From Neoconidiobolus thromboides FSU 785 (lineage: Eukaryota > Fungi > Entomophthoromycota), in NCBI GenBank assembly GCA_025603075.1, contig MU626296.1:1-64000 (forward strand): a stretch of DNA of 64,000 bases, given 5' to 3'. Below are positions 12,894-25,517 of this stretch, piece after piece. Positions within the stretch are counted from its first letter, which is position 1, and each line of letters opens with the position of its first letter. The translations under genes were made by a program, and so were the position numbers. A model generated the notes under the pieces. The model worked only from the letters and a program-made list of their open reading frames with translations. It had not been told where the DNA came from and did no database searches.

Positions 12894-13645
12894 TTTCAGG
12901 CTGTTGAATGTATAATCTTAAATAAATATAAAAAAGTGAAAAATTTGTGAGCTTGAATGATTTTGTCAAGTTTTATGAAGGGGGGATTATTGGCTGATGG
13001 ATTTTGAAATGAATAGATGGAGATTTTTTTTTGGTTTCATCATTTTTTCCATCTTTCAAGCCCCATTTGAATGGAAAAATTGTTAGTAAAATTTTTAAAT
13101 ATAAAAATACATCCACAGATGGTATTTTTGGATGAGACTCTTTTCTATGAATAAGATTCACGATTTTTTTGATTACAGGATATGTTTTAATCTAAAATAA
13201 TTATAATATTGCTTTTTGATCTTGTTATATTTTCTTTGTAAGTGATTTAATTATAAAGTGATGATATACACGGTTGTAAACAAAAGTTAAATATAAAGTT
13301 TGTTTATTCAAACTTGTTTATTTTTCTTATCTTCTTATTTATCCTTATCCTCTACTCTACTATTCAAACATACTAAAGTTTAAAATAAACTTATTATCTT
13401 CAACAATAAAACACTTGAGCTCCTCTCCTTTAATGTTTTTTAAAAAAAGCTTTCTATTTAATCATAGTCTTCTGGTATATTTATAGTAGTCGGACTACCT
13501 ACAATGATAATAGCTATGCTGTTATTATAATTCAAGTGATAATGAATGATTAATACAATACTAATAGTCATGTTAATTATTCATATCGTTATTATAAAGA
13601 GAGTAAAAATGCGTTTGTAGTAAAAGGTTAGTTCGACAATAAACA

Positions 13646-13749
13646 TATGGGGATGTATTTTTGTGTTTAAGGATTTTGCTAATAACTTTTCCACTCAAAT
13701 AGCGCTTAAAAGATGGAAAAAGTAATGAAGCCAAAAAAACATTCCCGTA
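13646..13749 (+). mobile_element. MITE-like foldback element, copy 1
   Basis: TATGGGGATGTATTTTT...TTTTTCCACTCAAATAGCGCTTAAAAGATGGAAAAAGTAATGAAGCC...AAAAAAACATTCCCGTA, with terminal inverted repeats and homology to 7 other copies. Confidence 0.85.
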
Positions 13750-14140
13750 TAATAATTTAGAAAATATAGTACGTTTTTTATAGAATCCAGCAAGGGCTAC
13801 TTTTCTAAGAACTTCTATTCATTATCAAGATAATGGACTATTGTAATGACAGCCACTCGGTTGTAAATGCATAAGATTGCTTTTTTATACCTATGATTGA
13901 TTGACTATTATCACGTTCATAGCTGCTATTGCTGATGTTGAATAGAAGTCCCTTATTCTTTCAATAAATTTTTCTATAAAGAAACTAAATTTATTAGAAA
14001 TGATATTTATAGTAAAAAAGTAATTTTGACAGAAAATAAGTTTTTATTTAATAATGAAAATATCGAGTTCAATTTTTTATATTTTTTACATTCAAACTAA
14101 CATTCATTTATTTACAATCCGACGACCCCTCAATATAACA

Positions 14141-14244
14141 AATGAGGATGTATTTTCATGTTAACAATTTTATTAACAATTTTTCCACTCAAATAGCGCT
14201 TAAAAAATGGAAAAAGTAATGAAGCCAAAAAAAATATCCCCAAA
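14141..14244 (+). mobile_element. MITE-like foldback element, copy 2
   Basis: AATGAGGATGTATTTT...TTCCACTCAAATAGCGCTTAAAAAATGGAAAAAGTAATGAAGCC...ATATCCCCAAA. Confidence 0.85.
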
Positions 14245-15262
14245 TGATTAATACATATCTAGCTATCGATTTTAGTTATTAATTTTAATCTCTATTTAGA
14301 CACAATATAAACCATGAAATTATAGTTATAATAATTCAATTACCTTTTTCTATATTCTTCATAGTATTAGAATTTCATTCAAAACAAATGTTAGTCACCG
14401 CTTTAAATGCTTTATTACTTATCCTCTAAGTAGATATTACTGAATTATTCCGAAAGTTTATAAAAAGTTATAATGCCTAAATATCAAAAGACCAAAGACC
14501 GAATTTCAACTTATCTTAATTTTTCCACATACGCTTTAATTTTCTTTATACTCATAGTATAATAATAAAAATAGTAATATAGTTGAAACTTTTTATAACA
14601 AATTAGCAAAGTTTACTATATTTGACTATATTGATTTTAAACTTGTTATCTATTTTACTTTTTATTCTTTTAGGTTAATTAGAAAGGATTTATTTAGTGG
14701 AAATGTTAGATTAAATAGAAGGATTTTTTTTATTTTTTTAAGAGTCTATTATTAATGGAATTTTCAGAATAAATAATATGTTCTAAAAGCATTAAGTATA
14801 AACTAATAGGTTTGGAGTTAACTTTTATTTTATCTTATTTTTTTGTTTTATTATTAACAGGGTAAACATTTATTGAATTTTACTTTGTGAAGTGGATAAA
14901 CTTTTATACCTATTTTATTTTGATTCCGAATATTGTTTTTTTCTGATCTAGAATAGCATGAGGAATTTAGATTTTTTTAATTTTTGTAAAATATCTTTTC
15001 AATAGTTTGTTCATTTCACTTTCATAAAAACTAAAAATATTGGGGCTATATACTGAAAAGAGAAAAAACGTCGATGTTATTATTAATAATCACATCTTTG
15101 TTTAATGTCATACTAATAATTTTTGAAAATTTTACGCTAAACAAAAAATGAGCAAAATAATGAAAAGAGACACTTCAATAGACAATTACAATGAAAACAA
15201 AAATAATTTAACATATTAAATACCAACTTTATTTACAACTTATAAATACTAAAACGAGACAC

Positions 15263-16108
15263 TTAATTATAGTAATGATTACTACTATCTAAACCATTTA
15301 GCAATTGAGAGATAGAGGGTAAATGATGATTTAGCTTGGGTAAACCAGTATCACGAAGAGGTGATAAAGTATTAGAAGAAGAAAGCGAATGATTGTTAGT
15401 AGAATCAAAGTTATGATTATATTTTAAACTAAGATCCAAAGCTTGAATAGCAATATTTAGTTCAGGTGCGATATCTTGACAAGTGTAACTAAGTTGAGAT
15501 AATACATTTTTAACGTAATTCATAGTAGACTGATTATGATTGATAATGGACTTTTGTTTCTGGTTATCTGAATTCAGGTAACGAGCCTTTTGTTTCAAGT
15601 CAATCATTTCTTTATTTAAATTTAGGATCCTTTTATTTAGGATCATACTCGTTGTTGTATTATCACTGTTACTTTTTTGAAATTTATTAATTGGGGTGAC
15701 TTCTTGATTCAAAATTCTTCTTTGAATACTAAAAATAAGGTCTGGCCTTCCACGTACAAATAATGGGTGTCTAAAGATTAAGGCTTGATCATAACAGTAA
15801 GTTCCAGATTCTCTGATAAACCCATACATATTCAATTGTCTTGTAAAACTGGCCCAACAGCTATGTTTAAAATAAACTGGGAAAATATTTCTACACAAAT
15901 ACTCAGAATCACACACCTTAATTGCATCTCCTTCTGAATTCCAACTAATTTCTTTAATCTCGTTATCGTTACACATGGTGTATAGTTTTTGTATAAAACT
16001 AACAAAAGGACGATGACCTTTTTTATCATTATTACCACTTTTAATTGCTTCCTTTCTTACCCTTGGTAAGTTTGGAGAAGCAGAAGTACTTGAAGACGAT
16101 TTAGGCAT
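15263..16108 (-). CDS. HSF-type DNA-binding-domain transcription factor, intronless
   Basis: FIQKLYTMC...ISWNSEGD...YFKHSCWASFTRQLNMYGF...FRHPLFVRGRPDL is the HSF domain, followed by a heptad coiled-coil-like segment. Confidence 0.92.
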   Translation of the reverse strand: MPKSSSSTSASPNLPRVRKEAIKSGNNDKKGHRPFVSFIQKLYTMCNDNEIKEISWNSEGDAIKVCDSEYLCRNIFPVYFKHSCWASFTRQLNMYGFIRESGTYCYDQALIFRHPLFVRGRPDLIFSIQRRILNQEVTPINKFQKSNSDNTTTSMILNKRILNLNKEMIDLKQKARYLNSDNQKQKSIINHNQSTMNYVKNVLSQLSYTCQDIAPELNIAIQALDLSLKYNHNFDSTNNHSLSSSNTLSPLRDTGLPKLNHHLPSISQLLNGLDSSNHYYN

Positions 16109-18505
16109 TGGATATAAAGATTTAAAATATAATTTAATTTACGCTATGGAGATAAAATTGAGTTGTTTATATACTATTTTTTTTCTCCTAAATTGAAGGT
16201 TACTAATTTTATATGAGAATTAATTTACAGCTTATAGCCCTTTTAAACAGCCAAGACCAAATAATTATAGATTGTAGTTTAACTTTGGAGCACCTTAATT
16301 TAGTAATAATTTAATTAAGAAATCTGAATGGCATGAAGTCATAATTGAGAATTCTCTTTCTATGTAAATTTGTTATTAAAAACCAGAAATTATAATTAAA
16401 CTATTGAAATAGAGCCTTTATAATTTTTGTAATTATTGCATTGCGATCGTTTTAAATAACAGTACATACATATTAGAAACATTTAATTTCTCGATGATAA
16501 AGAATATTAAATAGATAAAAAGAAGTCAAATTATCTTCTTTTTCATATTCATTACAGTCTCTAGGTTTTGTTTCTATTTTACTTTCTATTCTTTACCAAC
16601 TAAAACTGTCGGTCAAAATTAAGCCAGAGACCGAAATTTGCAATTTTATAATAGATATGCAACTATGTCGCCAAGAAAATAAACTGACTCCTCAATAAAA
16701 TAAAACCTAGATTAATGGAAGCTTTAATTCAATATTATAAGTTTCTAATAGAAATTTACTATTAAGATTTATTTCGTTACCTTAAAAGCTATTTATAGAA
16801 CTTAAGATATGGCATTCACTTAATCGAAGAAGATATATAACTAAGAGGAGGATAGATTTAAAATTAAATTAGATTAAAAATCATACTTGAAATCATACTT
16901 AAAATAAAGGCTAAAGATAGTGTAAAATAAAGCATGTTGAGTTAGCCTCTATAAAATAAAAAAATTTTACCAAATAATCAATAAAGTAATTAGGAAAAAC
17001 TGAGAATTTTATAAATAAATAAAACTTTTATTCTATTTTATAAAAAAGATAAAAATTGTTACTGCAAAATTTTAATATCAAGCATCTTTAAAAATTAATT
17101 TTTATAGTTGATCCCTCGGATAAAGTGAAACCATTTTGTTTCCAAAGTTTTTGGCCTAAATTTAGCCGTTTAACATCATTTTTCGTTCATCAACTACCAG
17201 CTTAAAACAATATGAGCTAAGTTTTAGTTGTATTCTTAGCAGCGTCTATAGCTTATCATCTTATTATTTAAACTATGAATCCTATGTAATACGCTTTATT
17301 ATGTATATCTTAAATCTTGTATCACGTAAATTACTAATTATAACCTTATCTAGATTTACAAAATAAGATATAGAATTGAAACTTCAGTAACTATAGTGCA
17401 AATACCCACTTTTGGATAAAAGAACGGATAAAAGAAACTCGAGAGAAGTATACAAGATGGGAAAAATGGTAGGTTATTTATTCTGTTAATCCGTTTTATT
17501 CTTTAAAATTAACGAAATGTTAATTTGTAGTGAACTCATATTCGGGTAATCATTATAAATCGTTAGCTGTAATAAGCTAATAATGATCGTTAAAACTATT
17601 ATTAGCAATAGCTTGAGTCATACTCTAGTAAGCTAGCCGTGAACTTTAAAGCTTCTATCATTTTATTCTTTATATGTCATAAGATTTTATGCTAAACTGC
17701 TAAATAAACTTTTCCTTAAATCTATTTCTAATCAATTTTATTTACAAAACAGGGTTCTAAGATATCCACCCCAGTTTGTTAACTCGAATATCAAATAGCC
17801 TAATTCTCAACTAATTCAGAATGTCTCTTGCACATGAATTGCATAAGAATTGATATAAAAAAAGACACTTCTTTATGTAGCTTTGTTTTTTACTTTGCTA
17901 TTTTAATTATACTTTATAATGCCGTTAAACAATGTTCTTATTTACCTTATACTAGATTTTAAATATTCATTATTTTCAATTTGCCCAGGTTACGAGTAAA
18001 AATAATATTCCAAGTAAACTTCAAAGTCTAAAAAGCCTTTAAATTTATGAAATCAATGCCCCCGGTTTTGACGTAAAGGCTCTAACTTAATCTTGAATTT
18101 GTAGCATACCATATCAACCTTGTAAATCTTATTGATCTTATGAATCCCATAAATTATTAATAATATAGTAACACAACTTTATTCACTATAATTGAAGATA
18201 GAATTGTTTGAACTACATTTATAAGCTATTCTAAGATAATTGATGATATCAAACCTAAAGGTATAGTAAACTTTGCTTAGGTTTAGTAAGTGAAAGCAAA
18301 GCTTCTTTTTACCTTTTTGTTTAAGCATTGACTTACTTTTCAACACGTTTATAGTTTATATAAATAAAAACTCTATTGTTTGCTATTGAAAATTTCTTTT
18401 TTACCAAAATTCTTATCAAACTGAAAAGCTAGTATGGAATTTTGTAAAAATGAAGGATATGAAAGGAAACTCACTTAAAAAAGTAATAAAATTAACTAGT
18501 TAAGA

Positions 18506-18602
18506 TATGGTGATGTATTTTATATTAAGAATTTTACTAACTTTTCTGCTCAAATAGCGTAAAAAATAGAAAAAGTGATAAAGCTAAGAAAATGCCCCTG
18601 TA
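18506..18602 (+). mobile_element. MITE-like element, copy 3 (diverged)
   Basis: TATGGTGATGTATTTT...CTCAAATAGCGTAAAAAATAGAAAAAGTGATAAAGC...ATGCCCCTGTA. Confidence 0.75.
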
Positions 18603-18848
18603 TATATAACTCTAAAAGCTAGAAGTTTTAACTATAATTTTGTAAGCTATTTAGTATTTTTAGATTGTAAAAAGGCTTGATGTCTTATTTTATATTAAAA
18701 GCTATTTCAATAAAACTAATTAAGGATTGGAACATAACTAAGAAGTGTAAGCTCAGTTTAAAGTTGCCTTTCTAAAAATAATAATAAAGCTTTAGTAATA
18801 AAATTATATAGTTTAGAAATATTTTAAGTACTCTAAGTAAACCTAATA

Positions 18849-18940
18849 TATGAGACTATCTGTAAGAATTTTACTAAAGATTTTCCGCCCAATAGCGCTT
18901 AAAAAAAGGAGTAATTGAAACCTAAAAGGGTATTCACATG
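18849..18940 (+). mobile_element. MITE-like element, copy 4 (strongly diverged)
   Basis: TATGAGAC...AAGAATTTTACTAAAGATTTTCCGCCCAATAGCGCTTAAAAAAAGGAGTAATTGAAACC...TATTCACATG. The core is recognisable and the termini are decayed. Confidence 0.65.
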
Positions 18941-19289
18941 TAAAGATGTTTAGGTAATATAATATAAGTTGAAATACAGCATTTTCCGAAACGATTAAAT
19001 CAAAGTTAAACGTTAAACATTGATAGTTTTATAACCTATATGAAAATTGATGAAAATATTTTAAAAAAGAGTCTGTAATGAATTAGGAATTCCTTAAATT
19101 GTCTTTGCTTTTGCTTTTAATATTATATTTTTCAAGTATACCTTACAGACTTGAGCTAAAATATTAAAAGTCAATATTGTTTTAATATTTATCATTTTCA
19201 AAAAAAAGAAGTATCATATACAAAAGATAGATAATAAATGCTTTAATCAAAACTACTTATATCATATTTAAATCATTATTTGTTACAAT

Positions 19290-21067
19290 TTAACTATATT
19301 CATTTATATGATAGTTTCTAGGCAACTCATTAATAATGTGAAATTTCCCCATAACTAAATGTGGGGTAATATGACAATGCATAAACCAAGATCCCGGGTT
19401 ATCAGCAATGAATCGGATTGCATACCAACCACAAGAGACATATTCATCTGGATTATTATTAATATTAATATTAGGCTTAATAGCAGCAAAATCTTGATTT
19501 TCTGAGAACGCAACCTTTAAACTGGGGACATTAAAATTGGATGATTTTGCTTCCAAACTGTTTTGGTCGACAATTCCAGGATAATGCACAAAGGTATCTC
19601 TTAATATTGGAATTTTATTACTATTCCTTAAGCTTTGATCAATTATGTTTTGATCTTTGATTGTAAAATTATTACTACCATAACCAACTACATAATACGA
19701 ATGACCATGTAAATGCCATGGATGAATGATGCAAGTTGTACTATTGTCGCGCATAGCAAAATGTTCAATAACAATTTGTACATTGTCACCCTCTCTAATA
19801 TCTACAATTCCTTGTGAATTCTGTTGATATGGTATGTATGTCCTATCTACTACTTCAGTCCATAAAGTACTATTATCTTTTGATACCCTTTTTCCATCCA
19901 TTGTAAAATAAATAGCTTTATTAANNNNNNNNNNNNNNNNNNNNNNNNNNNNNNNNNNNNNNNNNNNNNNNNNNNNNNNNNNNNNNNNNNNNNNNNNNNN
20001 NNNNNNNNNNNNNNNNNNNNNNNNNNNNNNNNNNNNNNNNNNNNNNNNNNNNNNNNNNNNNNNNNNNNNNNNNNNNNNNNNNNNNNNNNNNNNNNNNNNN
20101 NNNNNNNNNNNNNNNNNNNNNNNNNNNNNNNNNNNNNNNNNNNNNNNNNNNNNNNNNNNNNNNNNNNNNNNNNNNNNNNNNNNNCTTGATCTGTTTCTAG
20201 AATTATCGATACCCTCTGTCCAGGATTAATTTGTACTTCACTTACTTGATAAGGTTCAATATATGTACCTTCCACTTCAATTAAAGTTATCTTATGATTT
20301 GGTATAATAAAAGCTATTGACATAATTTCCAATGCTCCAATAATCCTTATTCTATATCTCCTATTTTGTTCAACTTTGATAACCTGATATCCATCATTAA
20401 ACTTGTTTTTCCCAATAACTGTATGATTAGTGTTATTGTTATAATTAAACGATTTTCCATTTGTTAATATATAATCTGGATTACCAACCCATTTAAACGG
20501 AGCACTTTTTAGTCCTTGAACCATCGCAACTGATGATTTTATTCTCATTTCTGATAATGCAATTATTCTTTCTTCGTCGTAACTAAATTGATTATCATAG
20601 CTAATTAGATCCTTATAAATGTGTGGTTGATCACGAACTATTAATGGTCCAAATAATTGTTCAGAATCTAATCCAGTATGAGCATGATAATACCACGTAC
20701 CAGCTTGATCAGTAACTTTAAATTCATAGCGATAGGAATGTTTAGATTTGATAGGATCTTGTGTTACATAAGGTACCCCATCTGATATTACAGTACCCTT
20801 TTGCAACATACCATGCCAATGTATCGTTAAATCACGATCTAAGTTATTTATAACATCAACAATAATGGTATCATAGCTATCAACCTCTATAGTAGGTCCA
20901 GGAAACCTACCATTAATTGTTATCAGCTTTATATCTTTGTTCCAATGCACCATATCTTCTTCTGCTACTGTCCATTTGTAATTGCGTTCTTTCCCATATG
21001 CATACTGTAATTGCTGCCCAAAAACAACAACTGCGTTAATTAGAAGTATTAATAGATCAAATATCAT
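19290..21067 (-). CDS. Secreted multicopper oxidase (laccase/ascorbate-oxidase-like), spanning an assembly gap
   Basis: Signal-like N-terminus and all four copper motifs: HWHG, WYYHAH, HPWHLHG and WFMHCHITPHLVMG. No C-terminal transmembrane helix, so not Fet3-like. N gap inside the CDS. Confidence 0.92.
19925..20184. other. Assembly gap (260 N)
   Basis: Run of N. The flanks match positions 225 and 502 of the paralog at the window start, so about 276 nt would be expected. Confidence 0.99.
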
Positions 21068-22204
21068 TTTATAGCCACTTAATATACACTATTTGGCTTA
21101 TATACTTTCTTAAACTTCCTCTGATACTTAGCTCATTCCATAGGCATAAAATTTAATACTTTTAAGATAGCTCACTTTTTATTAATAGTTTGCGGCTTTT
21201 AAGCAAAATAAACTCATATTTCATTTGCAACGCTAAAAAGAGAGGAAGTCTTTGGATTAGTAATGATATCGATTGGCATAAGTATAAAATGTTGAATGTA
21301 ATGTTCGATTTTTTCCAGTTTAAGCTTTTATAAGCTAAAATTAAATTGATAGCAAGATAATAGCCTTTTTAGTCAATATTGAAATAAGCCTTATAAATTT
21401 TTATAAATCTGAACCTAAATTAAATTACGAATTGTACTTTAACAGGATACTCATGCTTTCAGAAATAAAACATGCCTTTAATAAAATCACTTATACACTT
21501 GATGCCAAAATTGTTTAACATACTTTGAGTCGGTCGAGATATTTGATAGAATGGAAAGTTTATCCAAGGTTAATAATAAACTTTAGCACGATCAAAAATT
21601 TCTAATAATTTTGGGCAGATCCTCCGTTCTATTAAGTATCTCCACTGATTTAAAAGCACATTAAGTTTTTTATTTCCTTTATTTATAACTCAATAATGGT
21701 AAACAAGAATATCATTAATTTAATACTTTGAGCTTTTTTTAGACACGATTATAATCATATTGAGCAAAAGTTATATAAAATTGAAATTTATTATGTCAAA
21801 TGAAATAGTATTTCTAAATCATTATAAAAAATGAAAAGGAAAATCTGATAACCTCAGTTGCAAATATACTTATTTTTAATTTACAAATTTTTCAAAGAAT
21901 TGAAAATGAAAGAAAGTACGTTTTAAGCTTAATGAATCTATGTAATAAATAAATTACTATAATAACCATAATGGTTTCCTCTCTTGTTTAGAGTTTTGAC
22001 CATTTGGTGTAGAATTAAAGTAAAAATTTAAATCCCACATTCAGGCTCTATTATGGATTTCAAGGGGATGCAATAAAGGCTTACCAATAATATCTTAATT
22101 ATATTTTATTAATCCAATTAAAGTCTAGTGTTAATTTAAAAAATGTAAACAAGGAAAAAGTTAACTTGTAGAATAGTCAACTTTTTCTAGAACAGTGTTA
22201 AAAA

Positions 22205-24446
22205 ATGTTGAATAATATGCCAAAAAGTACCATCAATGGCCTCGCTTATTTACGAGACCGATTTGGCTCATTGATCACCTTTGAGTCCTCAGAAGGTGAT
22301 CAAAGCAAACTAAAAACTTTTAATTTCGATAAAGAAGAGTTAGATACACTAGATGTTATTGCAAGAAAATTTCGTCATGAAGCCAAAAATGATGTTGAGA
22401 ATGATTTAAATGAAAGTGTTGAAGATAGCCCAAAGAAAGAAACTAGCGGAGCTAATCAAGAAGAAATCAACAAAACTAACGATGAAGAAGAAATTAGCAA
22501 AACCAAGTCGGTTAATTATAACGAAGTTAGTTCTATTGGAGACTTAATAAAAAGCGCGAGGACATATGATAAAATAATACAATCAGATGATGGAAGGGAA
22601 GTTTTTGTATTTTGTGGGGGGGAAAAATGTATACATTGAACTTATTTCCAAAATTAAACTAACATTTCAATTTAGTTGTGCAAATAGAAGAAGAAGATAT
22701 AGTAAATAGAAATGATGTATTCAAGATTACTCAAAATGGACAGTTGATTCCCTACGTCCGAAGATATCCTGTTTTAAACACCCCAAACCAATATCCATAT
22801 AGTTGGAAACATGGCGTTGGTTTACGTAATCCAGATGTGTTTTGTTATGCTAATTCGCTATTTCAAAGTCTATTTAATTTAGGCTATTTTAAGGACCTAA
22901 TAATGTCTAAAGCTCAATTTGAATGTAAATTATTTCTATTGTTTATTTAACGATGCTAATTTCCTTACAGGTAAACATGGAGAACTCACAGATGACTTTG
23001 GATGTTTATTATGCTATCTAAGAAAAAGATTGCCTTCAATCTATAAGCATCAAGGGGGATCAACTGAATTATATAAACTAATTATTAAAATCGCAAGTAA
23101 ATAATATTCTACTTAACTAGTATTAGAATACTGATAATTTAATAATAGAAAAGATGAACGAAGGTTCCATATATGACATGAAAGATGCTTCAGAGTTTGG
23201 ATTAAAGTTATTAGATTTACTTGAAGAGTGTTTTACTAAAATGATTGATAACCCTAAGTAAGATAGTAATTCACATATACAATAATTATGTTGATCATTT
23301 TGATTAGTCCATTCCGCCATACAACCGTAATGGATAACCCAGTTCATCAAATATTTGGGATAGTCAAAAAAGATACATCCTCGTGTGCATCAAAAGGTCA
23401 TGAGTCAAATCACTTCTTTACCGATTATTCATTAGAAGTATTGCCTTCCAAAGATATTTATAAATCATTAGATCATCACTTTCAAAGTAAAAAAATAGAT
23501 GATAGAAAATGTGATCATTGTGACATACGGGGGAAAGGTAAAAATATGGTTACGATACACAAACCACCAAAGGTGTTATTAATTAAAATTAATCGAACAT
23601 CCTATTCTTTCAAAAAAAGAGATGATGCAGTAGAATTCCCAACTATATTGGACATTTCAAAATATACAGATAGTAACTCAACTACCAAATATCAATTAGA
23701 TTCTGTTGTAGTTCATTACGGAAGAGATGCATATAGTGGCCATTATGTAACAGTTACTAGAAATAAGGATAATGAGTTTTATATGATAAGCGATGCTAGT
23801 GAGCCAGAGTTGCTAAAATTTGAATCTTTTAAAAAAGAATTATATCAAGGAGCATGTGTATTATCATATGTTTTAATAGAAGACAATGAAGAAAAAAACA
23901 AAATTGAGGATTATAGCCTTATTGAGCTATTCGATAATCATCCAAGTAGTTGAATTTTAAATACTTAATATAAGACTAAAATTTTATTTAGAAAAAATAG
24001 AGAAAGTTAAAGTAACCAAAAGCGAAAGGATGGTTAATAAAACTGAAAAAGCAGACGAAGCCAAAGAAGATAAAGGAGTTAACAGGCTTAAGATAAAAGA
24101 AGATTTTAATATGAGGCCAATAATAAATGGAAATATGGAAGAAAAGGTAATAAAATCAGCCTTGAAAGGAAAAAAGAAAAAGAAACTAGGAAGAGGTAAA
24201 GGAACTTTCCAAGTGGTAGTAGAGAAAAACGGACAAGGGGTTGAAAAAGGATTTTCATTTAATGAAGATTTATTTGACAATAAGAAAAGATCTTTTGTTA
24301 AGAGGCCTGATAGCTATGACCACGAATACGATTATGGGCGCTTACCAAAGATTAAAAAGAAAAGAGAAGATAATTTTAACCAACATAATCAATTCCAAGT
24401 GGAACAAGATATTAAGAATATTGTTAAAAAATATAGGAATCATTGA
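22205..24446 (+). CDS. Ubiquitin-specific protease (USP36/Ubp16-like), multi-exon
   Basis: Cys box GLRNPDVFCYANSLFQSL, His box VVVHYGRDAYSGHY, zinc-finger Cys pair KCDHC, and a C-terminal YDHEYDYGRLPKIKK motif. GT-AG introns link the + strand ORFs. Confidence 0.87.
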
Positions 24447-25517
24447 TTACCAGCTATTAGTTTTATAAAGCTTCAGGTTTTCTAAAATATTATCAAACAT
24501 TTTGTTGTATTTCTATTAATAAAGTAATTATTGACATTTTACTCTTTTTATTTCATGATTGATTTAATATATATTATGTGATTTAGGTTCAACATTATTA
24601 AAGAATATCTTGTGCTTTAGTATTCCACTTTATTGCTCTAAGTTGTTTTATTACCTTCGCTATAACTTAATACACTTATACTAGTATTTAAAGGTGTATT
24701 TTGGAATATATAATGGTCCTCAATTATAGCTTTGTTTACATTTTATAACTAAAATAAATTAAATGATTTTAGTCCACATATACAACTTTTACTATAGTGT
24801 TACAATAAAACATAGATAAATATTTTTCACTTAGCTACTTTAACGTTTCTTGTTACAAAGCATATTGACTTTCAGCTTTCATTTTTATTTTTTCAATTCA
24901 TTTTTTAATATGATTAAGTTTAAAAATCATGAGGTATTTATAAAGCAGATTATTTATAATAAATGTAAGTTGTTTTGATCAGGATTGTAAAAATTTAGTT
25001 ATAAAACTGTAAAACATGAAATTTAAATTAAAATCAAGAATTTAAGTAAAGTACAGTGATAAAATTTTAATTACAAAAGTTTGATATAAATTATTTGGAC
25101 AACTATATAAAAGGCCGAAGATATAAAAAACGCTAGAGAATTATTTTTTGTATAGCAATTATTAATCCAATTCAAAAAAGTAAATATCTCCTACCTTATT
25201 TGTATCATGTTATAAATAAAAATTATAAATTTACTTTGAGATATTTCAAATACTACTCAAAGTAAAGCAAGATGACTATTTAAATTCAATTTTTACGACC
25301 AAGGGAAGGAGAAAATATACTTTATATCAAAGCTAAGAAATTAATTTTAAAAGACTTACATCTCCTATCGCTGATAACAAATAGAGGGACTCTTTGGAAA
25401 AACTATTTTGTAATAAATAGGCATAAATATTTAAGATAATCCAAACAAAGTAATACTAAAAAATAAATCCATTTATTAAAGATCTTTAAATAGCAATATT
25501 AGTAAAGAGATAGAAAT

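Noticed and set aside
12973-13161. 62-aa minus-strand ORF upstream of TFC3
   Set aside because: It is short with no motif, and TFC3 has a convincing start at 12893; probably promoter or UTR sequence.
17100-18300. Stop-riddled coding-like fragments such as IPSKLQSLKSL*IYEIN, possibly a decayed LRR/F-box gene
   Set aside because: Too degenerate to assign by eye; a translated search would be needed.
21420-21700. Minus-strand frame of about 90 codons with one internal stop (LNQWRYLIERRICPKLLEIF...)
   Set aside because: No start, splice context or known motif; it could be a pseudogene fragment or chance.
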